Origin: Octopus sinensis
Taxonomy: Eukaryota
Direction of reading: 5' to 3'
DNA length: 64,000 nt
NCBI RefSeq assembly: GCF_006345805.1
Contig: NC_042998.1
Coordinates: 29,264,001-29,328,000 of the forward strand
Part shown: positions 26,227-39,379 of the stretch, piece after piece
How positions within the stretch are numbered: the stretch's first letter is position 1
Layout of the letters: each line of letters starts with the position of its first letter
The notes under the pieces: generated by a model
What the model saw: the letters and a program-made list of their open reading frames with translations, nothing else
Told to the model about the DNA's origin: nothing
The model's database searches: none
Made by a program: the position numbers and the translations under genes

Positions 26227-26743
26227 CTATATAGGGAGAGTTTACGAAAAAATAGAAGACGAAGACAGGTGGTGTACAAAAGAAGCAGATGTATTAGTAT
26301 AAAACGCTCAGGAATAGAAAAAGTTTTTTACGCTTCGAGTCTACACTCTTCTACAACAGAAGGGACACAGAAAAAAACAAGGAGATAAACAAGGAGAGAA
26401 AAAATGTGTGTAGTGGCTAACGATCTATCATGGATCTCTGTATAATAGATATATAATATAGTGTATATATATATATATAGATATATATATATATATTATA
26501 AATATTAGGGATAAATCCAAATTTACAGGGAAAAAATCAGATTTAGGATTAAATCCAATTTAATAGTAAAATATTATATAATATATTAGAGACAAAACCA
26601 CTATTTTGCAAAACAAACAAGGAAAGAACTTAATCAATACATAAAATTTTATGTATTGATAAGTCTTTCCTTGTTTGTTTTGCAAAATAGTGGTTTTGTC
26701 TCTAATAATATTATATATATATAATATATTTATTATATAGAAG

Positions 26744-26793
26744 AGCTTCTACAGGACTAGAACTGTTTCATTCAGAGAAATCTTCAGGAAGCT
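26744..26793 (-). ncRNA. Type I hammerhead ribozyme motif (inverted copy)
   Basis: Reverse complement of the 26976-27026 motif, 1 nt shorter in loop II. Confidence 0.72.
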
Positions 26794-26975
26794 AGTTAAC
26801 AAGAATTGTATTGGCATTTATACATTTAGGCAGGTTTAAAGGGGTTTGGTGGGGGATTTTTGGGGTAGGCAAGCGCAAAAAATCATACTTGCGCTAGCCT
26901 ACCCCCAAAAAGTCCCCCACCAACACCCCTTTAAACCTGCCTAAAGTATAAATGCCAATACAATTCTTGTTAACT

Positions 26976-27026
26976 AGCTTCCTGAAGATTTCTCTTGAAT
27001 GAAACAGTTCTAGTCCTGTAGAAGCT
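26976..27026 (+). ncRNA. Type I hammerhead ribozyme motif
   Basis: agcttc-CTGAAGA-tttc(tctt)gaat-GAAAC-ag(ttctagtc)ct-GTA-gaagct; stem III acag/ctgt. Confidence 0.78.
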
Positions 27027-27108
27027 CCTTCTATAATAAATTAATTTTACTCTGCTATGTATGAGTACCTTATTACTGTGGTTAACCCCGAATCAACCCG
27101 GGACCTAC

Positions 27109-27151
<43 letters not shown>

Positions 27152-27458
27152 AAATACATACATTCATACTTACACACACACACCACAAACAAGTATTAAC
27201 ACATGTAAATATGAATGTATATATTTTGTCAAAATTTTAAAATGTTTAATTCTACAGATGCATATCTCTTTCTTTTCAGTGGAACTGCTATTTTATACAA
27301 ATTCCTTGAAATTATACCCCCCCACCTCACATGCACACAAACACATAATATATATTATGTGTGTGTGTGTATATATATACATATATATACGTATGTATTT
27401 AAGGATAATGTATCACGTCCAACTGAAGAGCAATTTTTTTGATCAAATTTTAACATGA

Positions 27459-27772
27459 ACTCGCAGTATCGCCCGGCGTTGCTTGGGCTTGCTTCCACCC
27501 TTTAGAATTGGAATTTTTGAAAAGTTAAAATTATGCATTATGTAGCTTGTTATTCTCTTTAAGTGAAGATTTTTCTGGTTGAAATACACCTAAAAATGGC
27601 GACACAGCAGTCAAAATCGAATTTTATCTTCTACGGAATGAAGAGCAAGCCTTCTTTTATCATACTCTCAATTTTGGTCAACTTGCGCCACTGGGTCTCG
27701 GATAAGATAGTGTTAGTTGAAGGCTACCAAACCTGCCATACACAGACAACTTCAGCTTTACATATAAAAAGA
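27459..27772 (-). mobile_element. Helitron H1, internally deleted
   Basis: Matches 21963-22331 with a central deletion. Confidence 0.8.
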
Positions 27773-28049
27773 TAAGAATTAACTTCACCAGAAGAATTAT
27801 GAAGATAAAAGTTGAGTCGATTTAATTTTGTGCTGGTTGTTGAGTTCACTGGTTTTTATAATATTCAAGTAAGTTTGAAAGTTTAATGTTATTCTGTCAG
27901 AATTTGAAGTCAGAATGTAACTGAACATATTTAAAGAAGAAAACCGGATGGATAATTATTCAGGGAATTCATTTGCATAAGAAACAATTGTACCAGTTAA
28001 TGTCAACGCATTCAACGTAGTGAATATTATTAATTTAATTAGAAATTCT

Positions 28050-30290
28050 TTTAACGACAGGAATCGGTTTTCTCGTACCTTTGGATTTCGCCAAAAGTCA
28101 GGGTAAGCTCATCAAAGATAATTCCTTTCTTTTCTCTCATTGTGTCTCCACTAGTATTGTTACAGAATATTTTTTCTTTCCTTCGTATCACAAGTCAAGC
28201 AGCTTAGCTCTGACAACAGAGCCACAGATATTGTTTTGAGCTGAGTAGGGGTGCTTGATTCCCTTGTTCGAAAATATAAGGACACAGATCGTGTGGTACA
28301 GCCAGCTGGAGTCGATGTCTCCTGGGGCTAAGTTACAGCAACATTCATCCTAAACCAGGACCGCCATGTACTCTAAAGTACTGTTGCTGAATATCTCCCG
28401 TTGTGAGATTTACAAATAGAAATTTTCTAAGAACCACTTTATTTAGCATCGAAGTAATTTTCGCGGCACATTTTGCTTGTTTGTGTTCCTCATAGCATAG
28501 CTTCCCTAAACAAACTTCTTCGAGTCAATCTACAAGTTCTTTCTTCATTCTCTTGTTCTTTGGTGCTATTTTCTTTTTGAAAAAAAAAAAACCAAATAGG
28601 TTTCTCCTGATATTCTTCCTTAATGTATAAGGTGTACGTCAATCGCTGCCGGGATGACAAATTCGGCTTCCGGTACTTACGTCCGTTTCTAGATATTTGT
28701 TGGCTTTATGTATCTATGATATTTGTACATTGGCTTCCTCGATTCACATAAACTAATAACCTTTCAGAATAGGTTCTAGGAGGCATACTGTTGTTTATTA
28801 TCATACATCATAAAGCTACACATTCGAGACTTTAGGCTAACCACTTTTCAGATTTTAGTAACTTGCTCGGTCGTAGAGAAATCTCCACATCAACTTTGCC
28901 AACCAAGGTATTTAACGAAGACAAAAGTAACAGCTTATAGTGAGAGGTTCATGTTTCGTTTTCTTTTTTCTCGTAAGTGCTATTCACAATATTCTTTGGT
29001 TGCGTAACGCAGGGGAGATTGTGCTTTCAATAATTTGTTTTAACTACTCTTTCAGTTTTGCTTTGTTTCCGTTAATATTGATTCTGTTGCTGATGGGGAT
29101 TCGTTGCTGAAATCAGAAACCAAGGCTTTTCGTCTTTTTTTTTTTTTTTTTTGTTAATCTGTTGCATTCGGGTGAAACCCCTGAGATAATTATTTCCGCT
29201 ACAGATGAAGCAGGTTAGTGTTCTGCTGCCATCATGCTTTAGACACAGTCAACATGGTACTAGTCCGGTAAATTAATCATTTTCCTGGTGGAATTAATAC
29301 ATAAAGCTCAAATTGAGTTTCTGAACTATTTTAGGTTGGCAATGAAATATCTTTATCTCCCCCTTGTTGCTTCACTATTGCCACCAGAATGCGCTGATAG
29401 TATTTAGTGGTACACTAAGAAATATTATTTTGTTGAGCAACGGTGTCCATAGTTGTCGAAATTAGGTAAACGTCCTCCCAAACACATAAGATAGTAATAT
29501 ACGTTTTCATTTCCTTCTCACTTCAGAACATACCATCTCTGTTTTCTGATATTTCACATGGCACTCTGAGCACCTTTTCAAACACTTATCTGCATGCTAA
29601 CGTTTTGTTCATTTTCCAATGTAAAAATAAAAAAAAATAATGATTTTGATCTTGACATTTCGCAGGCAGCCGACAGTTTGTTTGTGTACCAACAATGGCT
29701 GTGTTTCTTAATGAACGCTGCAGCTCATCTTCTGTAGCCACTAACACCCCAGGCTTCAATAGCCTTATATGTTTTGAACCGAAGAGTTACAAAGTCAAAT
29801 GAACCACATTTCCCGATGTCATAATTAATTTTGTTATTGTTGGTGCAATGAATATTTTCTTCACGATTGTCGTTATTTCTGCCGCCGCCATTGTCGCTGT
29901 TGAATGTTTTCTGTTTTATTCTAATTGTTTACGATGCAGGTGGTACTTGTTTCGTTCAGCGCTTTAGTGACATGTTTTACCTTTTTTCTTTTTATGCTGT
30001 AGGGTTTGCAAATATTAACATTTACATTTTCTCACTAATTGCCTTATTTTTACTCTATTGTTCAGGCATTTTCTGTTGTTCGTAGTGGCAGTGATAATTC
30101 TGTCGATGACTTCGCTCTTCTAATTGATGTTTACACTTCCGTTTTCTCGTGCCACCATACTGTGCTCAACCAAAGCACAACTACTTCTTTCAGATTCAAC
30201 AGCCACACATTTGTTATATTCCTCTGTAAAATCATTATAAGAGGACTTTTTGAGAGGAGACTTTTATCGGAGACAACAGGTTAGTTTAAT
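28050..30290 (-). mobile_element. Possible very old L1/Tx1-like LINE ORF1 remnant
   Basis: A-rich minus strand with stop-poor stretches and GGRLPNFDNYGHRC (~29440-29485), resembling a decayed GRxPxC..C..GH..C zinc knuckle. Confidence 0.25.
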
Positions 30291-30332
30291 GAGATTCAAT
30301 ACTTATTTAACATTAGAAATAATCAATTTATA

Positions 30333-30495
30333 GGCGTAGGATTGGCTTTGTGGTAAGTAGCTTGCTTACGAACCACATGGTTCCGGGTTCAGTCCCACTA
30401 CGTGGCATCTTGGGCAAGTATCTTCTACTATAGCCTCGGGCCGACCAAAGCCTTGTGAGTGGATTTGGTAGATGGAAACTGAAACGAGCCCGTCG

Positions 30496-30560
<65 letters not shown>

Positions 30561-30786
30561 TGTGTGTGCGTATGTGTGTGAGTATTTGTGTGTCTGTGTT
30601 TGTCCCCCCAATATCGCTTGAGAACCGATGCCGGTGTGTTTACGTCCCCGTAACTTAGCGGTTCGGCAAAAGAGACCGATACGAAGAATAAGTCCTGGGG
30701 TCGATTTGCTCGACTAAAGGCGGTGCTCCAGAATGGCCACAGTCACATGACTGAAACAAGTAAAAGCGTGAAAGAGTAAAAAGAGA
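30333..30786 (+). mobile_element. SINE family B, near full length
   Basis: Head, internal (TA)n(TG)n and gagtaaaa tail. Confidence 0.92.
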
Positions 30787-30964
30787 ATATGACATTAAAT
30801 ACGTTTGTTAAGAAAATCTTAACGGATAGCTTAGCATTGATGTTTGACAATGCAAGCGAGGAAGAATCCTGACCATTACAACTCATGAGAAACATTATAG
30901 CCTTCACTCGTTGAGCTATTAAGACTGGTTAATACATATACATATTCTATATATATATATGTCA

Positions 30965-31188
30965 TTATTGCTCACAAGGGGCTAAACATAAAGGGGACAA
31001 ACAAGGACAGACAAACGGATTAAGTCGATTACATCGACCCCAGTGCGTAACTGGTACTTTATTTACCGACCCCGAAAGGATGAAAGGCAAAGTCGACCTC
31101 AGCGGAATTTGAACTCAGAACGTAACGACAGACGAAATACGGCTACGCATTCGCCCGGCGTGCTAACGTTTCTGCCAGCTGGCCGTCT
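30965..31188 (-). mobile_element. SINE family A
   Basis: ~21 bp TSD acatat(a/g)catattctatatata. Confidence 0.9.
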
Positions 31189-31691
31189 TCACATATGCAT
31201 ATTCTATATATACTGAGAGTTAGCTACATACACTATATATAGTTAGACTATATTTAGCTACAAGCATTTTTATATATAGAGAGAATTGTACGTTGATATT
31301 TGTAGGGGTATTAATTGTTAATTAAATTAAGTCATGGAAACGGACCAGTAAATAAACTGATATGAAATCTTTCGTCCGTACAGTTACACTATTTGCTGAG
31401 CACAAATTCCATTTGGAACTGATATATCTGCACTCGGCCTTCATTATTTGAACCAATTCAAAGACAGCATTGTTTGAAGTTACCTAATAATAATTGCAGA
31501 GAATTTTGTAACCTCTCATACTAGATTAAGTATCTAAAAGCATAACACGAAAGATATGTAGTAATAACAGATAACCGAACACGTTTTCATATACAGGTTG
31601 TTCCATTTGTGTTTTTTTACAGTTGAAAATCAACTTCATCAATTATTTTCCAGGATAGAAATCATCCGTTGAAAATATCTTTATTTTTTTT

Positions 31692-31960
31692 TCTCTCTAG
31701 TTTCAGCTCAGAGCTGCGGCCATGCTAATGGACCGCCAATTGGACCGACTCGGGAGCTGTGAATCGTTACGGACCCGGATTTTCCAGGGCCTCCGAGAGC
31801 GCACCGGACGCTGCCTGAGACGCGGCGCTCTACAGGCACCATATCCGTATCTCCGGACGCTCCGATTTCACGGACGCGGTCCTTTACGAAGAAGAGAGAA
31901 CTCTTCACGGGGTTCCCGGCAACTTCTTGAACGATTTCAGTGCAGTCTATTCCAGATATC
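31692..31960 (-). mobile_element. GC-rich 5'-truncated LINE-like 3' end (CR1-like)
   Basis: Minus strand IWNRL..EIVQ-like remnant, then tail ggcggt..agcatggccgcagctctgagctgaaactag resembling the SINE B and CR1 tails. Confidence 0.5.
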
Positions 31961-32997
31961 TTAATTTCATAGAAATGAACATATCACAATAATTTACAAT
32001 GCATTCCTTACGCCTTCAAATAGCAAACCATGCTGAAATATTGAAATGCATCTTATCTCAGCAAAACTAATATTCGTTAATATACACCGTTCAAAATATA
32101 TGTATTTATTCTATTTTCGCACCTTATACATTCGTAATTTTATTCTGACGTTCGTCACTGACTCCCAGCTTCTTGGTTCTAGCAAGAACGGCGTGATAAA
32201 CCATGCTTTTAGTTATATCTGTATAATGGAAAGGAAATTGCAATTCTGCTCAAGGTGTCATTATGTTAGCTATCAAAACAACATCATTTAGCACAAGTTA
32301 TCCGATGCATCAGCCAAAGAAACAATATGTTTTATTGTTATAATAATAATAATCTACATATTTGCAATCGAAGCAGCAAATTTCACTCAGCAACATGTTA
32401 AACGTATTAAAAACCAACATAATGAATGTTCGCAACAAAACCCCAAACAGTCATTTGCTGCCGTTGTTACAGAATGTTCTTCGATTTCCTTGTAAAATGA
32501 TATAGTTTTCTTTATTTTCTCTCCTCTCCCACTCTAAATGTCTTGTGTTATCGCTGCTGCTTTCCTTTCAGCATCACATGTAATTCAATCTTCTTTACCC
32601 TGCAAGCATACTTTCGAAATTTAGAATTTCTGCTAAAATCACATTTCGCTGAATATTCTTGCCTCACCTACAACATCATCCTTAAGGATGTTAGGCAATA
32701 CATATGCTATGGTTCCTTCAATTTCACTCGTCTATGCCCCGAGCCTATCTTACGCTACATCCCGCTGTTTGAAAGAAAAGAGAGCATTAGGTAAATGTAG
32801 CCCTGAATTCCAATGTATGTCAAGAAAACGTTAGGGTGGGCATGGTTGGAATGTTACTGACTGTGAGTCTTCTGGACAGAAATTATATCTGACCAAATCG
32901 TTACAAAAATGTTCTGTTCATTTGTCTCCTTTTCATTTACGACAAAGTGATATATTTGTTAAGTGAACCATCCACAAAAAAGGACATATGTACATAA

Positions 32998-33386
32998 TCT
33001 TTTCTACTATAGACACAAATTTGGGAGATGGAACTAGTCAATTACATTGAGCCAAGTGTTTCACCGGTACCTAATTCACTGACCCAGAAAGGATGAAAGG
33101 CAAAATCGACCTCGGCGGAATTTGAACTCAGAACGTAGTGGCAGACGAAATACCTATTTATTTTCTACCCACAAGGAGCTAAACACAGAGGGGACAAACA
33201 AGGACAGACAAACGGATTAAGTCGATTACATCGACCCCAGTGCGTAACTGGTACTTAATTTATCGACTTCGAAAGGATGAAAGGCAAAGTCGACCCCGGC
33301 GGAATTTGAACTGATAACGTAACGGCAGACGAAATACCGCAAAGCATTTCGCCCGGCGTGCTAACGTTTCTGCTTGCTCGCCGCCT
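32998..33386 (-). mobile_element. Compound SINE family A (tail1+tail2)
   Basis: Same architecture as 6683-7090. Confidence 0.88.
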
Positions 33387-34119
33387 TCTAATTAGGTGCA
33401 TAATATAGATTAAAAGTAACTGTTACTTTAATATTATAGGTGATGGCTAATTAGTAAAAAGTGTGGTAAACTTATTTGGGAAATACACGAAATGTTATTA
33501 TTTTTAAGCACCAACACCCGGGTTTTGATATTCACACATAGTATTTACTATAAAAGAACAAAAACAATTAGTTCGATTCCCGGTTGAAGAGAATTCTTTT
33601 CATTTATTCTTCCAACACCTTTTTCAAACGAACGACCATAACAAAATCTCAATTTCCTTCCCTATAAAATTGTTGACCTGCGGCCATAATAAGAGATCAA
33701 TGATAATCATAATATTATTTATAATGATTACACGTATTGTGTCTTGTTTGTTTGTTTTAATTTGATTCTATTGTATTGGTGTGAACTTGTGCTTTGTATA
33801 ACAATAACGAATACTAAGAGAAATGATAGGCTGTCTGAAAACAACACTCTGTACCACAATGAATACAATAAAAAATAAATGAATAAAATCTGATTTTCTT
33901 GTATTCTGGCATGATTGTTTTATTTTCGCTTATTTTCTGGTTTTATTATAAGTTATGTATTTCAGGAAATAATTTAATGACATTTGATTGAAAAATAAAA
34001 CTATTCTCCTTTTTCTATTTTATGCGTTTATACTAATAATGAGTATGCTTCGCTTTTTATTTTCGTTTTCTGGTCCATTATCCCTTCCACACACACAACA
34101 CACACACACACACACACAC

Positions 34120-34155
<36 letters not shown>

Positions 34156-34339
34156 TCACTCACTTTCCTTGCCTTTCTATTTCTCTCTTAAGTAATCTTC
34201 CTAACACAATTCTTCATCTACGTCATCATTAATCATTGTAAAATGTTACCTTTAACCGTTCTTCCCTAAAATATATTTTACTTTCAATGTTTGCTAGAAT
34301 GTACATACATATATACAAAGCTTCATCCATCCATTCGAC

Positions 34340-34810
34340 AGACATATAACAAAACATACAAATCTGCATGTATACATACATACAAACATGCCCTATTGAT
34401 GTTGTTGAACTTCCAGTGAAGAAGTATTGAACCTAGGTGAGAAACCGGCTCTTTCTCTATTGGCAAGAAATCTTGAAATAAAAGAAAAAGAGGATATCTA
34501 TGGACAACCGCTTCGAAACCTCCAGCTCCTATATCCCGACTATGAATTCATATTCATACCAATAATAATTGGAATACTAGGTTTTGTTAGCAAATGCTTA
34601 AAGAATAATCTGGATAAACTGGGATTTTCAGAAAGAGAAATCGACCGGTTAATTCGTACATTACATGTGCAGTCTGTGAGTGAAACAGTAAAAATATGCA
34701 AGGCTTTTCTCAAGTTCGAAATATGAATTTGTCTCTGTTAACTACATCCCAAAGATGTATCTTTGTTGGAAACCGGTTCCCTCCTCAGTGGAAGATTTAT
34801 AATAATCAAA
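34340..34810 (+). mobile_element. R4/Dong-like (restriction-like endonuclease) non-LTR retrotransposon 3' fragment preceded by a 3' UTR copy
   Basis: KEKEDIYGQPLRNLQLLYPDYEFIFIPIIIGILGFVSKCL..LG..VQSVSETVKICKAFL is typical of the C-terminus of RLE-type ORFs; sits in ATAC repeats. Confidence 0.75.
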
Positions 34811-35222
34811 AAGTAGATGAGATATACATGCATACACATAGACATACATATATACATACATATATACATACATACATGTATACATACACACATACATGGA
34901 TGCATACATACGTTTATGTTATGTATATATGTATGTACGTACTTATGCATGAATGTATGCGGTGTGTGGTGTATGGGAGAGGCGTTGTGTGAAAGTATGT
35001 GTGTTTGTATAGAATTAAAACTGAATGTAGTTGAATGTACCTTGTGTTATTTCTCTTTCCAGTTTTAAGGCAGTAGGGATTGATTGAAGAAAAATTCCGG
35101 AATATCCAGTAACTTCGAGGATGCACTTTTGCTGTTTCGATGGCTCTTTTCTCCCTTGAAGTAAGAATCGAGGATAATATGTATGAACATGTTATCACCA
35201 TGGTGATAATATGTATCCCCGA

Positions 35223-35440
35223 GGCGGCGAGCTGGCAGAAACGTTAGCACACCGGGCGAAATTTCGTCTGCCGCTACGTTCTGAGTTCAAATTCTGCTGG
35301 GGTCAACTTTGCCTTTCATCCTTTCGGGGGTCGATTAAATACGTACCAGTTACGCACTGGAGTCGATATAATCGACTCAATCCGTTTGTCTGTCCTTGTT
35401 TGTCCTCTCTGTGTTTAGCCCCTTGTGGGTAGTAAAGAAA
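35223..35440 (+). mobile_element. SINE family A
   Basis: 18-bp TSD gtgataatatgtatcccc. Confidence 0.92.
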
Positions 35441-36318
35441 GTGATAATATGTATCCCCATAGAGAATTTTCACCGAGTACTCAGTCTCAAAGGAAGCAGA
35501 ACTTGTAGAACACAAGACAAGATTACTTGGTAGGAAACTGAGAGAGCATCGTATATGACTACATCTTTCTACGTCCTGAATTAAAAGTTACTGTTGTATA
35601 ATTTGTGACTTCTCCCAACGGTGTTGATAAAACATAAACTAATCAACTGATGGTGTTAATTTAATCAGCTGAGCTTTACCCCCCATAATTTTCAGCTGCT
35701 TGCTAATGTCGTCGGAAACGAATATTATAAGTGCATGCTCACGTAGTGTAAGGCGTTTCGTTTACCCTATTTATAATTTTTTTCATTTCATTACATATCG
35801 ATGTGTTTTTGTGGACGACTAATTACCATTCAAATAAAGAGAGACGGGTAAGCAGGATTGATCACTTTATTGCATTTAGTCTAACTTCTAACTTCTAAAT
35901 TCTAATCCGACTCCCATTGATTTTACTCACGAGATTTCAATAAATCAATAAATTTGTACTAGTTTCGATTTAGTCAACTGCACCCATCATTTCCAAAGCA
36001 GTGATGGTACATTGGTGCTATAGAAATCAATGCTGTAATTAAAATCAGTTGGTGAATGGCAATGCACTAAATAAAGTTCACTGCAGTATTTACTTACTTC
36101 GGTTTACTTCTGAGTTCAAAACCAGAGGACGCCGGCTTTCGTATTTATACCTCTGGGTATGTTTGATCGACACTTTATTTTGCAGTAACAGACCAATAAC
36201 AGCAACTAAAATGCTCAACCAAGTTTTAAAATTGTGCTAATATTAGAAAACCATGTCGAAAATATATACTACGTTACAAATTTAGGGAAAAAGGGTGATC
36301 GATTACGTAATTCTAGCA

Positions 36319-36550
36319 CAGAGGTTCCCAACCCGGGGTCCGCGGACCCCCAGTGGTCCGCAAAGGTAGTACTGTGGGTCCATGAACCAAATTCAAAATT
36401 TCACACACACACACACACACACAAATATATATATATTTATGTATTTATATATATGTATGTATGTATGTATATATATACACATTTAAGGATATGCATATTA
36501 AAAGGGGTCAGTGGGAAAACTCATTTAAAGGAAAGGGTTGGGAACCACTG
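36319..36550. mobile_element. hAT MITE
   Basis: TIR cagaggttcccaacc / ggttgggaaccactg; 8-bp TSD ttctagca/atctagca. Confidence 0.9.
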
Positions 36551-37157
36551 ATCTAGCACTTCACAAGTACTTTATTTTACCGTCCTGAGACGTATGACAA
36601 AACAATAATGATTTACAAGGAATTTGAACACTGAGTGTTATATAGCGTCATAAATGCTTGATTGGATATACTTTCTGCTATAGGCACAAATCCTAAAATT
36701 CTAGGTGGAGGTGGATAGTCGATTGCAGCGAACCAGCAAATTTCTTGTAATTATTTCATCCTCTTCAGAACGTAAAGAGAGACTAAACGCTGCTCAGCAT
36801 GTTGTCCTGGGTGCTAACTGTCCGGGGTGCTAAACGTCTTAAAATAAATCAAAAAGTATCGAAGAGAATTTTGTTTCTGTATAAATTCAAATATTAAGGT
36901 GGAAGCTAACAGAATCATTAGAACAACGGATAAAATACTTAACGGCATTTCGTCCGAAGTCGGCTTTACTTTCAATGCTTTCAAGGTTGATAAAATAACT
37001 ACCAGTAGAGCATTGGTGTCGAGGTAATCGACTTCTCCAACCCTCAAAATTGTTGGCCAAAATACAAAAAAAGAAGAAATACAAATCTTGGCATTCTTCT
37101 GTTTCCTTATATAATTACATAATGTATATATGTATATATATATATATATATATATAC

Positions 37158-37338
37158 TAGCGATTTTTTCCCCTGTCTTCCCTTCTCGGGATCTTTCCTT
37201 CTCCTATGTTTCCGACGAAGAGCTCCGCTCGAAACGTCAAACCCTCTTCTCTCCCTTCTTTCCTGAGCGTCCAATAATACTTTATTGTTCCACGTCCTTG
37301 CATTGTGTTTTTTTGTTTTTGTTTTTCTTTTTGGATTA

Positions 37339-37342
<4 letters not shown>
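37158..37342 (+). mobile_element. Penelope-like solo pLTR / retrozyme-like unit in (TA)n, with minimal hammerhead 37208-37242
   Basis: gttt-CCGACGA-a-gag(ctccg)ctc-GAAACGTC-aaac; minus-strand copy at 57556-57763; related units at 26233-26432 and 60090-60285. Confidence 0.72.
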
Positions 37343-37380
<38 letters not shown>

Positions 37381-37951
37381 TTATTTTAGTATAATTTAAC
37401 AAAAAGGTTTTGTAGCATGTTGACCACGTGATATTATCATTTACATGATTTTATCTTTGTTTTTATAAATAATTAAAATATTTATGCTTTGCATTGCTTT
37501 CAGAGTATTTCAGTTTAAAAAAAAATACGCAGCTGAAATGAAAAGTAAAAATGTGACTTTATTGTGAAGCAGAAGCGTGGTTATTTGCATATGATCGTAC
37601 GAATTTGTTTTAGTGGGGTTATGTATAAACATTTGTGACTGTTTCTTTGAATATTGTGCTGAGGATGGGAAATAAACTATTTTACTGCTTTAATCTCGAA
37701 ATTGGACCAATACACAATTGACTGTTGAGTTTTGTTTTGTATTTTTCATTTGCCTGTCTACAACCCGTATTTTTGCAGGAGTTAAAAGTGGTTTACAACG
37801 TTTTTTGGCGTATTCTTACATGGGGAAGCAAGGTTTTTCCCCCCTGTTCCTTTTATATTATATAATATATATATTATATATATATATAATATATAATATA
37901 TATATATATATATGTTATTTATTATTTTAGTATATATATATATATATATAT

Positions 37952-38270
37952 AGCAAAAGAATGGAGGTGATACAGAAATGACATATATTAACTGTTAGAC
38001 ATTCTATTATGTCTATTTAATTATTCTAAAACGTTTGTAAGATTATATACATATGCAAAGCCTGTTACAGACATGTGTACCAGTAATACATAAAAGAGTA
38101 AAAGAACAGTTCCTTACAGCCGTTTCTGCAAAGAGGCCACTATAACCTCCGTGCTATTTCCATCTCTTTAGTGTTCTGTAGGAATTGGTAGATAAACTTT
38201 TGGTATTCAGTGTGCCTCAAGGCTTCATCAGAGGGTCAAAAAGGGGTCTAAAACGTTAAGAGGGCCAGTG
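37952..38270 (-). mobile_element. Penelope-like pLTR remnant with long-loop hammerhead 38112-38234
   Basis: Minus strand cct-CTGATGA-agc..~95 nt..gca-GAAAC-ggct-GTA-agg; flanked by microsatellites. Confidence 0.6.
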
Positions 38271-38273
38271 CAT

Positions 38274-38328
<55 letters not shown>

Positions 38329-38469
38329 CACGCATACATATACGTAAGAATCAGTTACCAATAGGTACAGTTTATTATTCTTATTGAAGAGGGCATCAGA
38401 AAAATAGGAACAAACATTATAGTGTGAGGGATGTACAACTTAGTAGAACTGGTAAGGTATATGAAAGGG

Positions 38470-38546
<77 letters not shown>

Positions 38547-38574
38547 ATATAGATATATATATATATATATATAG

Positions 38575-38875
38575 TGGAAGCACAATGGCCCAGTGGTTAG
38601 GGCAGCAGACTCTCGTGATCGTAGGATCGCGGTTTTCGATTCCCAGACCGGGCGTTGTGAGTGTTTATTGAGCGAAAACACACCTAAAGCTCCACGAGGC
38701 TCCGGCAGAGGTAGGTGGCGGTCCCTGCTGTACTCTTTCGCCGCAACTTTCTTCTGTTGGCCTGCTCACTTAGGCAGCGGGGTGGCGTCATTTAAGGCTA
38801 AAACAATGCGAAGCGCATTGTGACAAGCGATGTGTACCAACATCTGATAGCCTGGACGGACATATGATCATGTGA
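38575..38875 (+). mobile_element. SINE family C head with tail variant 3 (isolated tail also at 49545-49652, minus strand)
   Basis: tRNA-like head, then ttggcctgct..ggctaaaacaatgcgaa..catctgat tail. Confidence 0.85.
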
Positions 38876-39328
38876 TATATATATATATGTATATATACAC
38901 AGACATATATACATATATGTTGCCTTCCAAGGTTCATGTTATTTCGTCCGATGGTAGATCGATAAGTATAGTCATTCTTAAGATGAGTTTAAAGAGAAGG
39001 TGGATTCAGGCAGCGGTCCATATTCTGCCTACATATATATATATGCATACACACACGCATACGCATACATGCACCCACGACACATAGGCAAACGTATGTT
39101 AAGACAGATAGTGTCTGTGTGTGTGTATGCACGCCATATGTGAATTCTTGTACTTACTATGTAATGTGTCTTTCGATGCCAAGAAGTATGTAATATACCA
39201 ATTCCATAAATAGAGATCACCAAAAGAAGTAACAGAGAAAATGATTAGTGAAAACTTTAAGCAGCGAATGCCACACATTGATTCAATTGTAAAAAGAAAA
39301 CAATCTCTCGATCTCTCTATTAATCTTG

Positions 39329-39379
<51 letters not shown>

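Larger units (their letters stand above)
25916..27110. mobile_element. Penelope-like pLTR cluster: three copies (+25916-26152, -26730-26890, +26889-27108), the last two forming a palindrome, with other pLTR families nested at 26233-26432 and 26500-26712
   Basis: Direct and inverted copies, each with a hammerhead; separated by (TA)n. Confidence 0.75.
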
